Assembly (NCBI GenBank): GCA_037045265.1
Contig: JBAOHV010000004.1
Coordinates: 186,328-250,327, forward strand
Source of the DNA: Microthrixaceae bacterium
GTDB taxonomy: Bacteria > Actinomycetota > Acidimicrobiia > Acidimicrobiales > Microtrichaceae
DNA: 64,000 nucleotides
Direction of reading: 5' to 3'
Part shown: positions 10,266 to 19,842 of the stretch, in pieces
Layout: each line of letters starts with the position of its first letter
Position numbering within the stretch: position 1 is the stretch's first letter
Notes under the pieces: generated by a model
Told to the model about the DNA's origin: nothing
What the model saw: only the letters and a program-made list of their open reading frames with translations
Database searches by the model: none
Program-made: the position numbers and the translations under genes

Positions 10266-12021
10266 GTGTTCGCCACGGCCATGTCGGTGATCAACAAGGC
10301 CTGCGACATCATGCCGGAGCTGCTCATCGGCGTAGCAGTGGACGTGGTGGTCAACGAGGGCGAGTCGCTGGTGGGTCGGATCACGGGGATCGAGGACCGC
10401 TTCGAACAACTGGTGGTCCTGGCAGCAGTCACCGTGGTGGTGTGGCTCGCAGAGTCGGGATCGCAGTACGTCGCGCACGTCACATGGCGGAACCTCGCCC
10501 AAGGGGTGGAGCACGACACGCGCATGGAGGTCTACACCCACGTCCAGTCCCTCGAGATGTCCTACTTCGAGGAAACCACGTCGGGCGGGATGATGACGGT
10601 GCTCAACGACGACGTGAATCAGTTGGAGCGGTTCCTCGACGTCGGAGCCGACGAGATCATCCAGACCATCGCGAACGTCGTCTTCGTCGGGATCGTGTTC
10701 GCCGTGATCTCACCGACTCTCGCCGTGCTCGCATTCCTACCCATCCCGGTGATCGTGATCGCATCGCTGCGCTACCAACGTCGCCTCGAACCCCGCTACG
10801 ACGCTGTCCGCGCGGCCACCACTCGCATCGGCGACACCCTCAGCAACAGCCTCGGCGGCGTGGCCACGGTGAAGGCCTTCAGCGGCGAGGACCGCGAGGT
10901 TCAACGCCTGGCCGAGGACAGCGACAACTACAGGGAGGTGAACCGCCGGGCGATCGCCTTGTCGAGCGCCTTCGTACCGCTCATCCGCATTGCGATCCTT
11001 GTCGGGTTCACGATGACGCTCGTCGGTGGCGGCGCGGCAGCACTCAACGGATCCCTGGCCGTGGGCAGCTACTCCGTGTTGGTCTTCATGACCCAACGGC
11101 TCCTGTGGCCGCTCACTCGGCTGGGCGAGATCCTGGACCTCTACCAGAGGGCCATGGCTTCGTGTCGTCGGATCTTCGGGCTCCTAGAGCTGGAGCCTAC
11201 GATCATGCCCGGATCCGCAGCGATCGACGCTCCTGTGCAGGGTGAGGTGCGCTTCGAGGACGTCACCTTCGGCTACCACCGGCCGGCACCGGGCTCCGAA
11301 CCCGACCGGCCCGGAGCGACTCCACACGCTCACACCGTCCTGTCGGAGTTCTCGCTTCACGTGCCGGCCGGCGAGACCCATGCGATCGTCGGTTCGACAG
11401 GCTCGGGCAAGTCGACCGTGCTGAAGCTGCTGCTGCGGCTCTACGAACCGGACGCCGGCACGATCACGTTGGATGGTCGACCGATCGAGCAGCTCACGTT
11501 CTCGTCGCTGCGCGGAGCGACCGGGTTCGTACCCCAGGACGTGTTCCTGTTCCACGGCAGCGTCCGCGACAACATCGCCTACGGCCGTCCGGACAGCGAC
11601 TGACGAGGAGATTCGTCGGGCCGCGGTGCTCGCCGAAGCAGATGACTTCATATCCGCCATGCCGCACGGCTACGACAGCGTGGTGGGAGAACGCGGCCAG
11701 AAGCTCTCCGGAGGCCAACGCCAGCGGATCACGATCGCCAGGGCACTGCTGCGCGACCCGGCGATCCTGTTGCTCGACGAAGCGACCTCCGCAATCGACA
11801 ACGAGACCGAAGCGGCGATCCAGGCATCGCTGGCCAGGGTCTCGATCGACCGCACGACCGTCGTCATCGCCCACCGGCTCTCGACGATCCGCCACGCCCA
11901 CCGGATCCACGTCATGGAGGCGGGCCGTGTCGTCGAGGCCGGGACCCACGACGAGTTGGTCGATCAGGGCGGGCTGTACGCGGCGCTCTGGCGTGTGCAG
12001 ACCGGAGAACTCGTCGCCTGA
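10266..12021 (+). pseudogene. ABC exporter, fused permease + ATPase (MsbA/MdlB-like), frame break near 11593; N-terminus uncertain
   Basis: Six-TM exporter domain. Walker A GSTGSGKST. ...NIAYGRPD then switches to the 11473 frame: [18 protein letters not shown]...[16 protein letters not shown]...[15 protein letters not shown]. First in-frame start is GTG 10266. Upstream in-frame sequence RDIWRHASRRRPRI looks coding but has no start codon. Confidence 0.8.
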
Positions 12022-12043
12022 AAGCGACGAGGGCCGCGCTCCC

Positions 12044-13396
12044 ATGCTGTGCGAGATCGGCGAGCATCTGACCTCCTGCACCCACCAGACGATCAGCCGT
12101 CACAGCCGAGAAACGTTTGAGGTTGAAACCGCACGCGCCGATACCCCTCGTGTGAGAGAAGGAACGGTCGCTGCAACTGACGGCGAAGAGCAGGCGGACT
12201 TCAGGCGTTGGAGCGGCGAGTTCGTGGATCCTCGCGACGAAAGGGCCTTCCTCGATAGCCAGATCGCCGCGAACCTGAGCCTGTACAGCCGGACGGCGCT
12301 GGTCATCGCCGCGATCCTGATGTCGTTCAGTCTGGTCGACGCGACGTCGCTCGGACTCGGTGCGCTCTGGGGAGCCCTGCTGATCGCGTGTGCAGCCACC
12401 GTGACGCTCGTGCTCATCACCCGCAGCCAGATGCTCCGCCACCCCCAACGGGTGCTCACCGGCAGCCCGTACGGGCTGATCGCCACAACGGAGCTCGTCG
12501 TCCTGGCGACGATGCTCCTGGCAACTGCGCTTCGGCCGGACGACGCCGCGACCAGCGCCCTCAGCTTCGGCGTGGTCATCCTCGGTTCGACCGTCCTGGT
12601 CCCCGGCCGCTTCAGGACCCAGGTGGTGGTCGGATTGCTGGCCATAGCCGGGCTCGGTGTCCTGGCCCTCACGACCCTCTCCGGCGCCCTGAGCCCCGTA
12701 CCGCTCGCTGCCAACCTGGTGCTCGCCCTCGTCTGGGGACTCGGAGTTCGCAGGATGACCGGCCGGGACGCCCGTAGGCGTTGGCATGCCGTCGCAGCAG
12801 CCCAGCGCGCCAACGAACGCCTCGAAGCCGAGCTGGTGGTGGCAGCCCAGCTCCGCTGCGATCTGCAGGTACTGGCCGAACGCGATCCGTTGACGTCGGC
12901 TGCGAACCGACGGGAGTTCTTGCGGGTGGCAGAAGCCATGCTGGCCGACCGCCGCGACGGCGGACGGTTCGCACTGCTCCTGCTCGACGCCGACCGCTTC
13001 AAGTCGATCAACGACCGTTTCGGACATGGGGTCGGAGACGCGGCCCTCGTGGCGATGACCACGTCCGCACGCGCCGCTGTGCGCGACCAGGACCTAGTCG
13101 CTCGGATCGGAGGCGAGGAGTTCGCCGTGCTCCTGCCCGGCATGTCCGAGGAGGCTGCCGCTGTCGTGGCCGAACGGGTACGCAGGTCCATCGCCGAGAC
13201 GCAGGTCCCGGGCGCCGAGCAGGTCGGTCTGAGCGTCTCGATAGGTCTGACAGCAGCGAGACCGGACGACTCCGTCGAGTCGCTGCTCGCGCGAGCCGAT
13301 GACGCGATGTACTCCGCGAAGCACGCCGGCGGCGACCGCTTCCACCGGGCATCCGCGCCGGCTGAGCGAGCGTGGCAACCGGTGCCATCGGCCTGA
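12044..13396 (+). CDS. membrane-anchored diguanylate cyclase (GGDEF domain)
   Basis: Multi-TM N-terminus followed by DPLTSAANRREF...LLLLDADRFKSINDRFGHGVGD...ARIGGEEFAVLLPG (GGEEF). Start is uncertain: ATG 12044 or GTG 12152. Confidence 0.85.
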   Translation: MLCEIGEHLTSCTHQTISRHSRETFEVETARADTPRVREGTVAATDGEEQADFRRWSGEFVDPRDERAFLDSQIAANLSLYSRTALVIAAILMSFSLVDATSLGLGALWGALLIACAATVTLVLITRSQMLRHPQRVLTGSPYGLIATTELVVLATMLLATALRPDDAATSALSFGVVILGSTVLVPGRFRTQVVVGLLAIAGLGVLALTTLSGALSPVPLAANLVLALVWGLGVRRMTGRDARRRWHAVAAAQRANERLEAELVVAAQLRCDLQVLAERDPLTSAANRREFLRVAEAMLADRRDGGRFALLLLDADRFKSINDRFGHGVGDAALVAMTTSARAAVRDQDLVARIGGEEFAVLLPGMSEEAAAVVAERVRRSIAETQVPGAEQVGLSVSIGLTAARPDDSVESLLARADDAMYSAKHAGGDRFHRASAPAERAWQPVPSA

Positions 13397-13403
13397 GCAG
13401 GCC

Positions 13404-14070
13404 ATGTCCGGGCGCTACGATCGGTCGGACATGGAAGCGACGACCGGCATCTTCCAGATATTGGCCGCGGTCATCGCCGTCGGTGGAGCCGCCAAGCTCG
13501 TCGCTCCTGCCGCGTTCACCGAGACCCTCAGGGCTCTCGGCCTGAACGGCGGGGAGCCGGCCGCGAGGACTGCCGGAGCGGTCGAGTTGGCGATCGGGGT
13601 CGGAGCGATCGTGATCGGAGGGTCGGCCGCCGCTCTCGTCGTCGCTGCGGCCTACGCCATCTTCGCAGTCACGGTGGTCAAGGCACGCAAGGTCGGTGCA
13701 GCATCGTGTGGCTGCTTCGGATCCGTCGCTGCACCGCCGAGCACGCTGCACGTGGTCGTCAACTTCGTCTCGGCCCTGTTGGCGCTGGGCGCCGCAGCCA
13801 CCTCACCCCGCGCTGCTGCTCGACGTGCTCGCTGATCAGCCACTTGCCGGGGTGCCGTACCTGGTGCTGCTCGGGGTAGGGGTATGGCTCACCGTGGCTC
13901 TCGACACCGTCGGCGCACAGCTGCTCGACGAGATGACCGCCGTGCGCAGGCTCGGACCGGTCCTGCGCGAGAACGGACACCCCCCGCGTCGCGTGGGCTC
14001 GAAGCACATCGCGCCCCGCTGGATCACGACGACTGGACTGACATGGCATCCGTGCTCGACCGAACCGTGA
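13404..14070 (+). pseudogene. MauE/DoxX-like redox-associated membrane protein, frame break near 13810; 3' end uncertain
   Basis: IFQILAAVIAVGGAAKLVAP...AASCGCFGS...LHVVVNFVSALLALGAAAT, then continues in the 13696 frame: PALLLDVLADQPLAGVPYLVLLGVGVWLTVAL... A C6 run at about 13980 could hide another indel. That indel would give a stop at 14038, 2 nt before the next ATG. Confidence 0.65.
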
Positions 14071-15276
14071 CCTTCCTGGCCGATCGGGTGGACCGTCGCG
14101 GGTTCCTCGGCAAGGCGGCAGTCGTCGGTTCGGCAGCGGTCGCAGCACCGCTCGAGTTCGGCCTCCGTCCCAACAGCGCGGTACGCAGCCATCTGCAACT
14201 GCAACGGTTCGAGCTGTCAGTGCGGTTCGCTCTGCTGCGACGGCTACACCGAGTTCTGCTGCACGCTCACGGGCGCCAACGCGTGCCCACCGGGAACGAT
14301 CACCGCTGGCTGGTGGAAGGTGGACGGCTCGCAGTTCTGCGGCGGGGCCGCCCGCTACTACCTGGACTGCAACGCTCAGTGCGGGTCGTGCGACTGCGGA
14401 TCCAACGGGGTGTGCAGCGGAGCGTGCAGCGGAACACCCTGCGGCTGCGCACAAGGCAACTGCAACAACCGCAAGGCCGGCTGCACCAGGTTCCGCTACG
14501 GCCAGTGCAACCAGCACGTGCGCTGCGTCGGGCCGATCGTCTGCCGGGTGGTCACGTGCGCACCACCTTGGTCGTTCGACCCCTCGTGCAGCACGACCGC
14601 TCGCACCGACGAGGCCACGCGTAGCCACGACCGGCCTTGTCTGAACGAGCCTTTCGGGGCGCTGAACGTCGTCGAGGGCGGCGACGGCACGATCCGCGTC
14701 ACCGGCTGGGCGGTCGCCAACTCCGACTATCAGCGCGCCGGCTTCAGGATCTTCGTCGACGACCAGCTCGCCCAGCACGGTGTGGCCACGCTGCCGCGCC
14801 CCGACGTCCAGCTCGCATATCCGGCGTTCGGCCGGGACACCGGGATCGACGTGACCGTCAACGCCCAGCCCGGCAAGCGACTCGTGTGCCTCTGGGGGGT
14901 CGACCGCCGCAACGGCCGTCAGGCGCTGATCGGAATGCGCGAGGTCACCGTCACCGGTCCGTTCGGTTCGGTCGACGGCTACGACGTGGGCACCGAACCT
15001 GGCGTGATCGTCGTGAGGGGATGGGCGTTGAGCGGACAGCAGCGGCTTCGCCAGGCACGGATCCGGGTGTTCCTCGACACCGACTGGGTGATCGACGTCC
15101 CTACCGACATCCCCCGCTCCGACGTCACCGAGATCTACCCGGGCGCCCACCTGGAGAGCGGGTACCGCATCGCCATACCGGCCACGCAGGGCAAGCACCT
15201 CGTTTGCGTCTGGGGCCGCGACACCGACAGTGGCGCCCAGGGTTTCATCGACGCGAAGGAGGTGGTGGTGCCGTGA
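14043..15276 (+). pseudogene. Tat-secreted cysteine-rich MauA-like (methylamine dehydrogenase light-chain-like) protein fused to two ~100-aa repeats; frame break near 14181
   Basis: MASVLDRTVTFLADRVDRRGFLGKAAVVGSAAVAAPLEFGLRPNSA (twin-arginine signal). Own translation of the next frame: YAAICNCNGSSCQCGSLCCDGYTEFCCTLTGANACPPGTITAGWWKVDGSQFCGGAARYYLDCNAQCGSCDCG...GPIVCRVVTCAPPW... About 26 Cys in about 150 aa. The C-terminal half is an internal duplication. Confidence 0.7.
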
Positions 15277-16118
15277 CCGTCCTGGTGGCGCTCCAGGGCG
15301 TGGTGATCCTCCTGCTCGCGATCCTCGTGGTCGGCCTGTTGCGTTCGCACGCCGAGATCCTGCGTGCGTTGCACGACCTGGGCGTCAACCTGGAGGACGG
15401 CGCCCCGGACAGCGGCCCCGGCAAGTTCGACCTGGCGACCCGCGCCCAGGCTCTGAGCTCGGCCAACCGCCGTGGAGTCGCACCCGGCGGGACCCCGGCC
15501 TCGGAGCGGGTCAGCGAGCACGGCGTGGCCCTGCCCGAGGACGGGCCGCTCGGCGACGCACACGACCTCATGGGCGTCACACCCCTAGGCGACGCTGCGG
15601 CCATCTCGGTGCACGCCGGACAAGGCCTGACACTGCTCGCCTTCCTCACGTCGGGCTGTGCCTCGTGTCTGGACTTCTGGGACGCCTTCCGGAACCCTGC
15701 CAACCGGTCCGTCGGCGGCGCGGCCACGACCCTGGTGGTGCTCACCAGAGGGCCTGGCGAGGAGAGTCCTGCGTCGGTGAAGAACCTGGCCGACCCGGAG
15801 CTGGTGACGATGATGTCCACCGAGGCGTTCGACGACTACTCGGTGCCGATCGCGCCGTACTTCGTCCTGGTCGACGCGGCGGCCGGCCGCATCATCGGTG
15901 AAGGCGCCGCTTCGTCGTTCGACCAGCTGCAATCGCTGCTGACCAAGGCGATGGCCGACGGCGGCTACGGGCTCTCGGCGCCGCGCAGCCGTCGCGAGGT
16001 GCTGCGAGGGCTGCGGCGTGGACCCAGCGCCGACGAGGCGCTCGAGTCAGCGGGCATCGGTCCCGGCCACCCGAGCCTCCACCAGGACCCCCAGAACGAC
16101 CGCTCGGCGGACGGCTGA
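15273..16118 (+). CDS. membrane-anchored thioredoxin-fold thiol-disulfide oxidoreductase (MauD/TlpA-like)
   Basis: The GTG start overlaps the upstream TGA (GTGA at 15273-15276). N-terminal TM VTVLVALQGVVILLLAILVVGLL. CxxC motif LTLLAFLTSGCASCLDFW. Confidence 0.7.
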   Translation: MTVLVALQGVVILLLAILVVGLLRSHAEILRALHDLGVNLEDGAPDSGPGKFDLATRAQALSSANRRGVAPGGTPASERVSEHGVALPEDGPLGDAHDLMGVTPLGDAAAISVHAGQGLTLLAFLTSGCASCLDFWDAFRNPANRSVGGAATTLVVLTRGPGEESPASVKNLADPELVTMMSTEAFDDYSVPIAPYFVLVDAAAGRIIGEGAASSFDQLQSLLTKAMADGGYGLSAPRSRREVLRGLRRGPSADEALESAGIGPGHPSLHQDPQNDRSADG

Positions 16119-16120
16119 AC

Positions 16121-16609
16121 ATGGAGCCACGTCGACTCCGCGCCTACGGCTTGTCGTGCGATCTGCTGCCCGGCTGGGACATCCGCATCGAGCAACGCGA
16201 ACAGTCCGAGGTTCCCGTGCCGGGTTCCACCGAGCCTATGGGTGGCTACACCCACCCCATCCTCCAGGCGGGCACCTCGGCCCTACCGGCGAGGCGTGGC
16301 GACTACGGCTCCGGCTACGTCGAACGCATGACCCACAGCGATGTCTTCGTCTGCCTGGGCGAGTTCGACCGTGCCGACGGCGCCCACCAGATGTTCGAGG
16401 ACGGGATGCCCGCAGCGCTGCAGGGCCGGGACTTCCACCCGGACGCACAGCAGCGCGTCATCGTGGGGATGTGCGGCGCCCAACGCTTCTTCGCCGTCGA
16501 CGGACGGGCGTTCTGCCTCTACGTCGTGCTCGGCTCGTGGCTGCAACGCTCCGCCCTTGTGCCACGCGCCAACCAGCTCCTGGCGTCGATACGGATCGAC
16601 CCGCAGTGA
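16121..16609 (+). CDS. hypothetical protein, no signal peptide, no recognised family
   Basis: 162-aa ORF starting 2 nt after the upstream stop. Position in the operon supports coding. I recognise no motif. Confidence 0.45.
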   Translation: MEPRRLRAYGLSCDLLPGWDIRIEQREQSEVPVPGSTEPMGGYTHPILQAGTSALPARRGDYGSGYVERMTHSDVFVCLGEFDRADGAHQMFEDGMPAALQGRDFHPDAQQRVIVGMCGAQRFFAVDGRAFCLYVVLGSWLQRSALVPRANQLLASIRIDPQ

Positions 16610-16649
16610 CCCACCACCGCTCACCAACGTCTCCTCAAGGAGCTCACCC

Positions 16650-17429
16650 ATGACACTGATCGTCGCGTTGGCCGCCGTGGTCGCCGTCGCCGCAGCCGCC
16701 CGCTCCACCTGGTCCCCCTGCGGCCTCTCGATGCTCTCGACCATCACCCCGATGGCGGAGCGGAGCAGGGGTCGCCGTTGGGGACTGACCGCGGCCTGGT
16801 TCATCCTGGGTGCCACCCTCGGCGGCGCGACCCTGGGCGCGCTGGCCGTGGCTTGTGCTTCCGTCGTCGGCCTGCTCGACCTGCCGGCACGCGCGGTGCT
16901 GGGCACCGCCGCCGTACTGGCCCTCGTCACCGCCGGGATGGACCTGGGGATCGGGACCCGCATGCCGCACCACCGACGCCAGGTCGACGAGCTGTGGCTC
17001 GACCAGTTCCGCTCCTGGGTGTACGGGATCGGCTTCGGTTTCCAGATCGGGACCGGCCTGATGACCTACATCATGACCGCTGCCGTCTATCTGACCGTCA
17101 TGATGGCGGCACTCACCGGGTCGGCTGTGACAGCGATGGCGCTGGCTCTGCTGTTCGGAGCCACCCGAGGCGCAGCCATCCTGCTCGGCGCCGGCCTGAC
17201 CGAGCCGGACCGGCTCCGACGTTTCCACCGCAGGTTCGAAGCACTCGGTCCGGCTGTCCGCCTTGGCGTGATCGGCGTGCAGATCGCGGTTGCAGTCGTG
17301 GCGTCAGGAGCAGCCTGGGGGGCGCTCGGTGCGGTCACAGCGGCGGTCTTCGGCGTCGCTGCGGTGCTCGTCACCCGCGGTGTACAGGCACCAGCAGCCA
17401 ACCCCACCGCGTTGCTCGTGGAGCGCTGA
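16650..17429 (+). CDS. polytopic membrane protein, CcdA/DsbD-like (possible transmembrane reductant conduit)
   Basis: AAGGAG RBS at 16637-16642. About 6 predicted TM segments. The first TM carries STWSPCGLSMLSTITP, resembling the SPC..P motif of CcdA/DsbD-family proteins. Confidence 0.45.
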   Translation: MTLIVALAAVVAVAAAARSTWSPCGLSMLSTITPMAERSRGRRWGLTAAWFILGATLGGATLGALAVACASVVGLLDLPARAVLGTAAVLALVTAGMDLGIGTRMPHHRRQVDELWLDQFRSWVYGIGFGFQIGTGLMTYIMTAAVYLTVMMAALTGSAVTAMALALLFGATRGAAILLGAGLTEPDRLRRFHRRFEALGPAVRLGVIGVQIAVAVVASGAAWGALGAVTAAVFGVAAVLVTRGVQAPAANPTALLVER

Positions 17430-17460
17430 CCGCCGGTCGCGCCGCTGATCGCCCGGTCGA

Positions 17461-18023
17461 TCAGAACGACACCTGCGGCGGAGCGCTGGATGCGTCGGGC
17501 GCGTCGTAGAACTCGCCCTTGACCACGCCCGACATGCCCACGAACAACGACCAGGGGATCGTCACCATCGTGCGGTTCAGCGTCGCACACGCGGTCGTTG
17601 TAGAACTGTCGGGCGAACGCCAGTTGGTCCTCGGTGCGCGAGAGCTCGGCCTGCAGCTGGGCGAAGTTCGTCGACGCCTTCAGGTCGGGGTAGCTCTCTG
17701 CCACGGCGAACAGGTTGGCGAGTGCTGCTCGCATCTCCCCGTCGGCAGCGGCACGCTCCCCCACCGACCGCGCACCCTGTGCGTCGGCACGGGCCTGGGT
17801 GACCGCTTCGAGCGTCTCGCGCTCGTGGCCCATGTAGCCCTTGACCGTCTCGACCAGGTTGGGGATCAGGTCAGCGCGACGCGTACAGCTGCACGTCGAT
17901 CCCTGCCAGGGCCTCCTCCACCGAAACCCTCTGGGTACGCAGCTTGTTCAACGCGACGACCACGAGCATCCCTGTGGCCACCACCAGCACGACCACCACC
18001 AACACCACGATCAGTGTTCCCAT
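17461..18023 (-). pseudogene. lemA: LemA family protein, two frame breaks (about 17575 and 17880)
   Basis: Own translation from ATG 18023 (AGGAGG RBS): MGTLIVVLVVVVLVVATGMLVVVALNKLRTQRVSVEEALAGIDVQLYA / RRADLIPNLVETVKGY MGHERETLEAVTQARA...YPDLKASTNFAQLQAELSRTEDQLAFARQFYND / ...RTMVTIPWSLFVGMSGVVKGEFYDAPD...PPQVSF*. Confidence 0.8.
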
Positions 18024-18060
18024 CAGACGGTCCTCCTAGACCTGGTTCCACCAGGATTCT

Positions 18061-19770
18061 TCACCACGATCCGCCTCCACCACCGCCACCGCCGGAACCA
18101 CCCGAGAAGCCTCCGCCACCGCTGCTGCTCGAAGCTGCCTGGGCGGCCGCGTAGGCGGTCGTCGCGCTCGAAATAGCTCCGTCGAACGACTGGCGCATGG
18201 ATCCGGCGTGGAATTGCCCACTGCCGGCCCACACGACCCACGGCACATCAGGAACCGCTACACCCTGCGCCTCGTACCGGCTCGCCCACGCATCGGCCAC
18301 ACCCAGGGCCGTTGCCCACGACAGGTACCGCGGGTACCAGTCCAGGTGCGCCGCTGCATCGAAGCGTGCCTCGGAAGAGTCGGTGGTGAGGAACCGTGCG
18401 AACCCGCCCGCCCTGGACCAGAGATCCCTTCCCTCGGGTGTACGTACGGTGGCGAGTCCGGACTCGACCATCATGCCCGCGGCGGCGAGCGTGAAGACCG
18501 ACGTGGCAGCCAGCAGCGGCCAGCGCAGCCAACCCGCGTCCACGAAGTATCGACCGACCATGAACAGCGTCGCACCCAGACAGACCCAGCCCAACAGACG
18601 CATCAGCACGCCCGGCCCGGATCGGTGCAGGAAGGTCGAGGCACTCGCGTCGACCTGGGAACGCAAGGCACCCCGGGCCGACGACACGACCCTCCCTGAG
18701 CCCTCGGTGGCCGCGACGACGAAGACCTCGCCCGCCTCGGTCAGCCCGAGCGCCGTGAGAAGTGCGCGCTCGGTCGGGTGGAGATGTTCTCCTTCGAGCG
18801 GCTCGACCACTTCGATCTGCCAGGCCGCGTCGTCGCCGCGCAGGCGCAGCACGCCCCTTTCCGCCAGGTCGAACAAGGTGGCCTGGAGATCGTCGTCGGA
18901 GTGGCGCTCGTCGAGCACCTTCACCCCGACCGCTGGCGGGACCATGAAGGGCGGCTCGAACAGGACGGGGAAGCCCGGCTCCCTCTCGCGGGTGGCCCGC
19001 CACCCCCAGGCGGCAACCCCAGCTGCCAAGACCGCCGCAGCGATCGCCCAGAGCAGATCCCGGTGGCGAGCTGGGGCCATCGGCTCGGCGACGTCGTCAG
19101 CGGCGAAGGCGACGCGGACCGTGACCGGTGTGTACGGCGCCAGCGGCCCGGTCCGCACGCTGAGCGTCGTTCCCTCGACGGTCGCGGTGCAGGGATCGTC
19201 CTTGCCGCTCACACACTCCGCCCTGAGGGGCTCCGCCGGGAGCTCAGCACGCACCGTCGCTTCGCCGATCGACATCTGCCAGCCCGAGCCGACCACATCC
19301 CACCACCACAGCGTCTCGCCGGCCCTGCCAGCTTCGAGCACGTCCTCGGTGGACGACACGATGCGATAGACGTGTTCACCCGCGTCGAGGTACACGTACT
19401 CGTTGCCGATCCGGATCGTGTCTGTGCCCCGGGCACCGTCGATGTGGACGTAGGGCTCGATGACGCCGTCACGCTCCACGGAGTCGACCCGAACCGGGTG
19501 GTCCACGTTCGACCTACGTGGGTCGGCGGTGTCGAAGATCCGGAAGATGCCACGCTTGCCGGCCGGCATCTCGACGGTGATCGTCTCGACCGAGCGAAGA
19601 CGACCGTCCGCCGACAGCTCCATCTTCGAGTCGTAGGTTCTGATCGACGCCGTGTCCTGCTGTTGCTGCCCCCCGAACGGTGAGCCGAACCAGACCGAGG
19701 CGAGGCCCACCAGCACCAACAGCCGTATGGCCCAGGCCACGATTGGACGGCGCTGTCGTCGTGAGCTCAC
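18061..19770 (-). CDS. DUF2207-domain membrane protein (usual LemA partner)
   Basis: Intact 569 aa. N-terminal TM, extracytoplasmic domain, central TM cluster, C-terminal Gly-rich tail SSSSGGGGFSGGSGGGGGGGGSW typical of DUF2207 proteins. Confidence 0.75.
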   Translation of the reverse strand: MSSRRQRRPIVAWAIRLLVLVGLASVWFGSPFGGQQQQDTASIRTYDSKMELSADGRLRSVETITVEMPAGKRGIFRIFDTADPRRSNVDHPVRVDSVERDGVIEPYVHIDGARGTDTIRIGNEYVYLDAGEHVYRIVSSTEDVLEAGRAGETLWWWDVVGSGWQMSIGEATVRAELPAEPLRAECVSGKDDPCTATVEGTTLSVRTGPLAPYTPVTVRVAFAADDVAEPMAPARHRDLLWAIAAAVLAAGVAAWGWRATREREPGFPVLFEPPFMVPPAVGVKVLDERHSDDDLQATLFDLAERGVLRLRGDDAAWQIEVVEPLEGEHLHPTERALLTALGLTEAGEVFVVAATEGSGRVVSSARGALRSQVDASASTFLHRSGPGVLMRLLGWVCLGATLFMVGRYFVDAGWLRWPLLAATSVFTLAAAGMMVESGLATVRTPEGRDLWSRAGGFARFLTTDSSEARFDAAAHLDWYPRYLSWATALGVADAWASRYEAQGVAVPDVPWVVWAGSGQFHAGSMRQSFDGAISSATTAYAAAQAASSSSGGGGFSGGSGGGGGGGGSW

Positions 19771-19842
19771 CGTCGGTCACCCGCCATGGACCGAAGCTAA
19801 CTCGCTGGAACGGTCGAACCGCGACATCGGAGACTGGACCGC

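Noticed and set aside
13759-15198. 479-aa minus-strand ORF across the Mau-like cluster
   Set aside because: It has a low-complexity, Arg/Ala/Gly-rich composition with no motifs. The plus-strand frames show the Tat signal, the Cys-rich module and the repeats.
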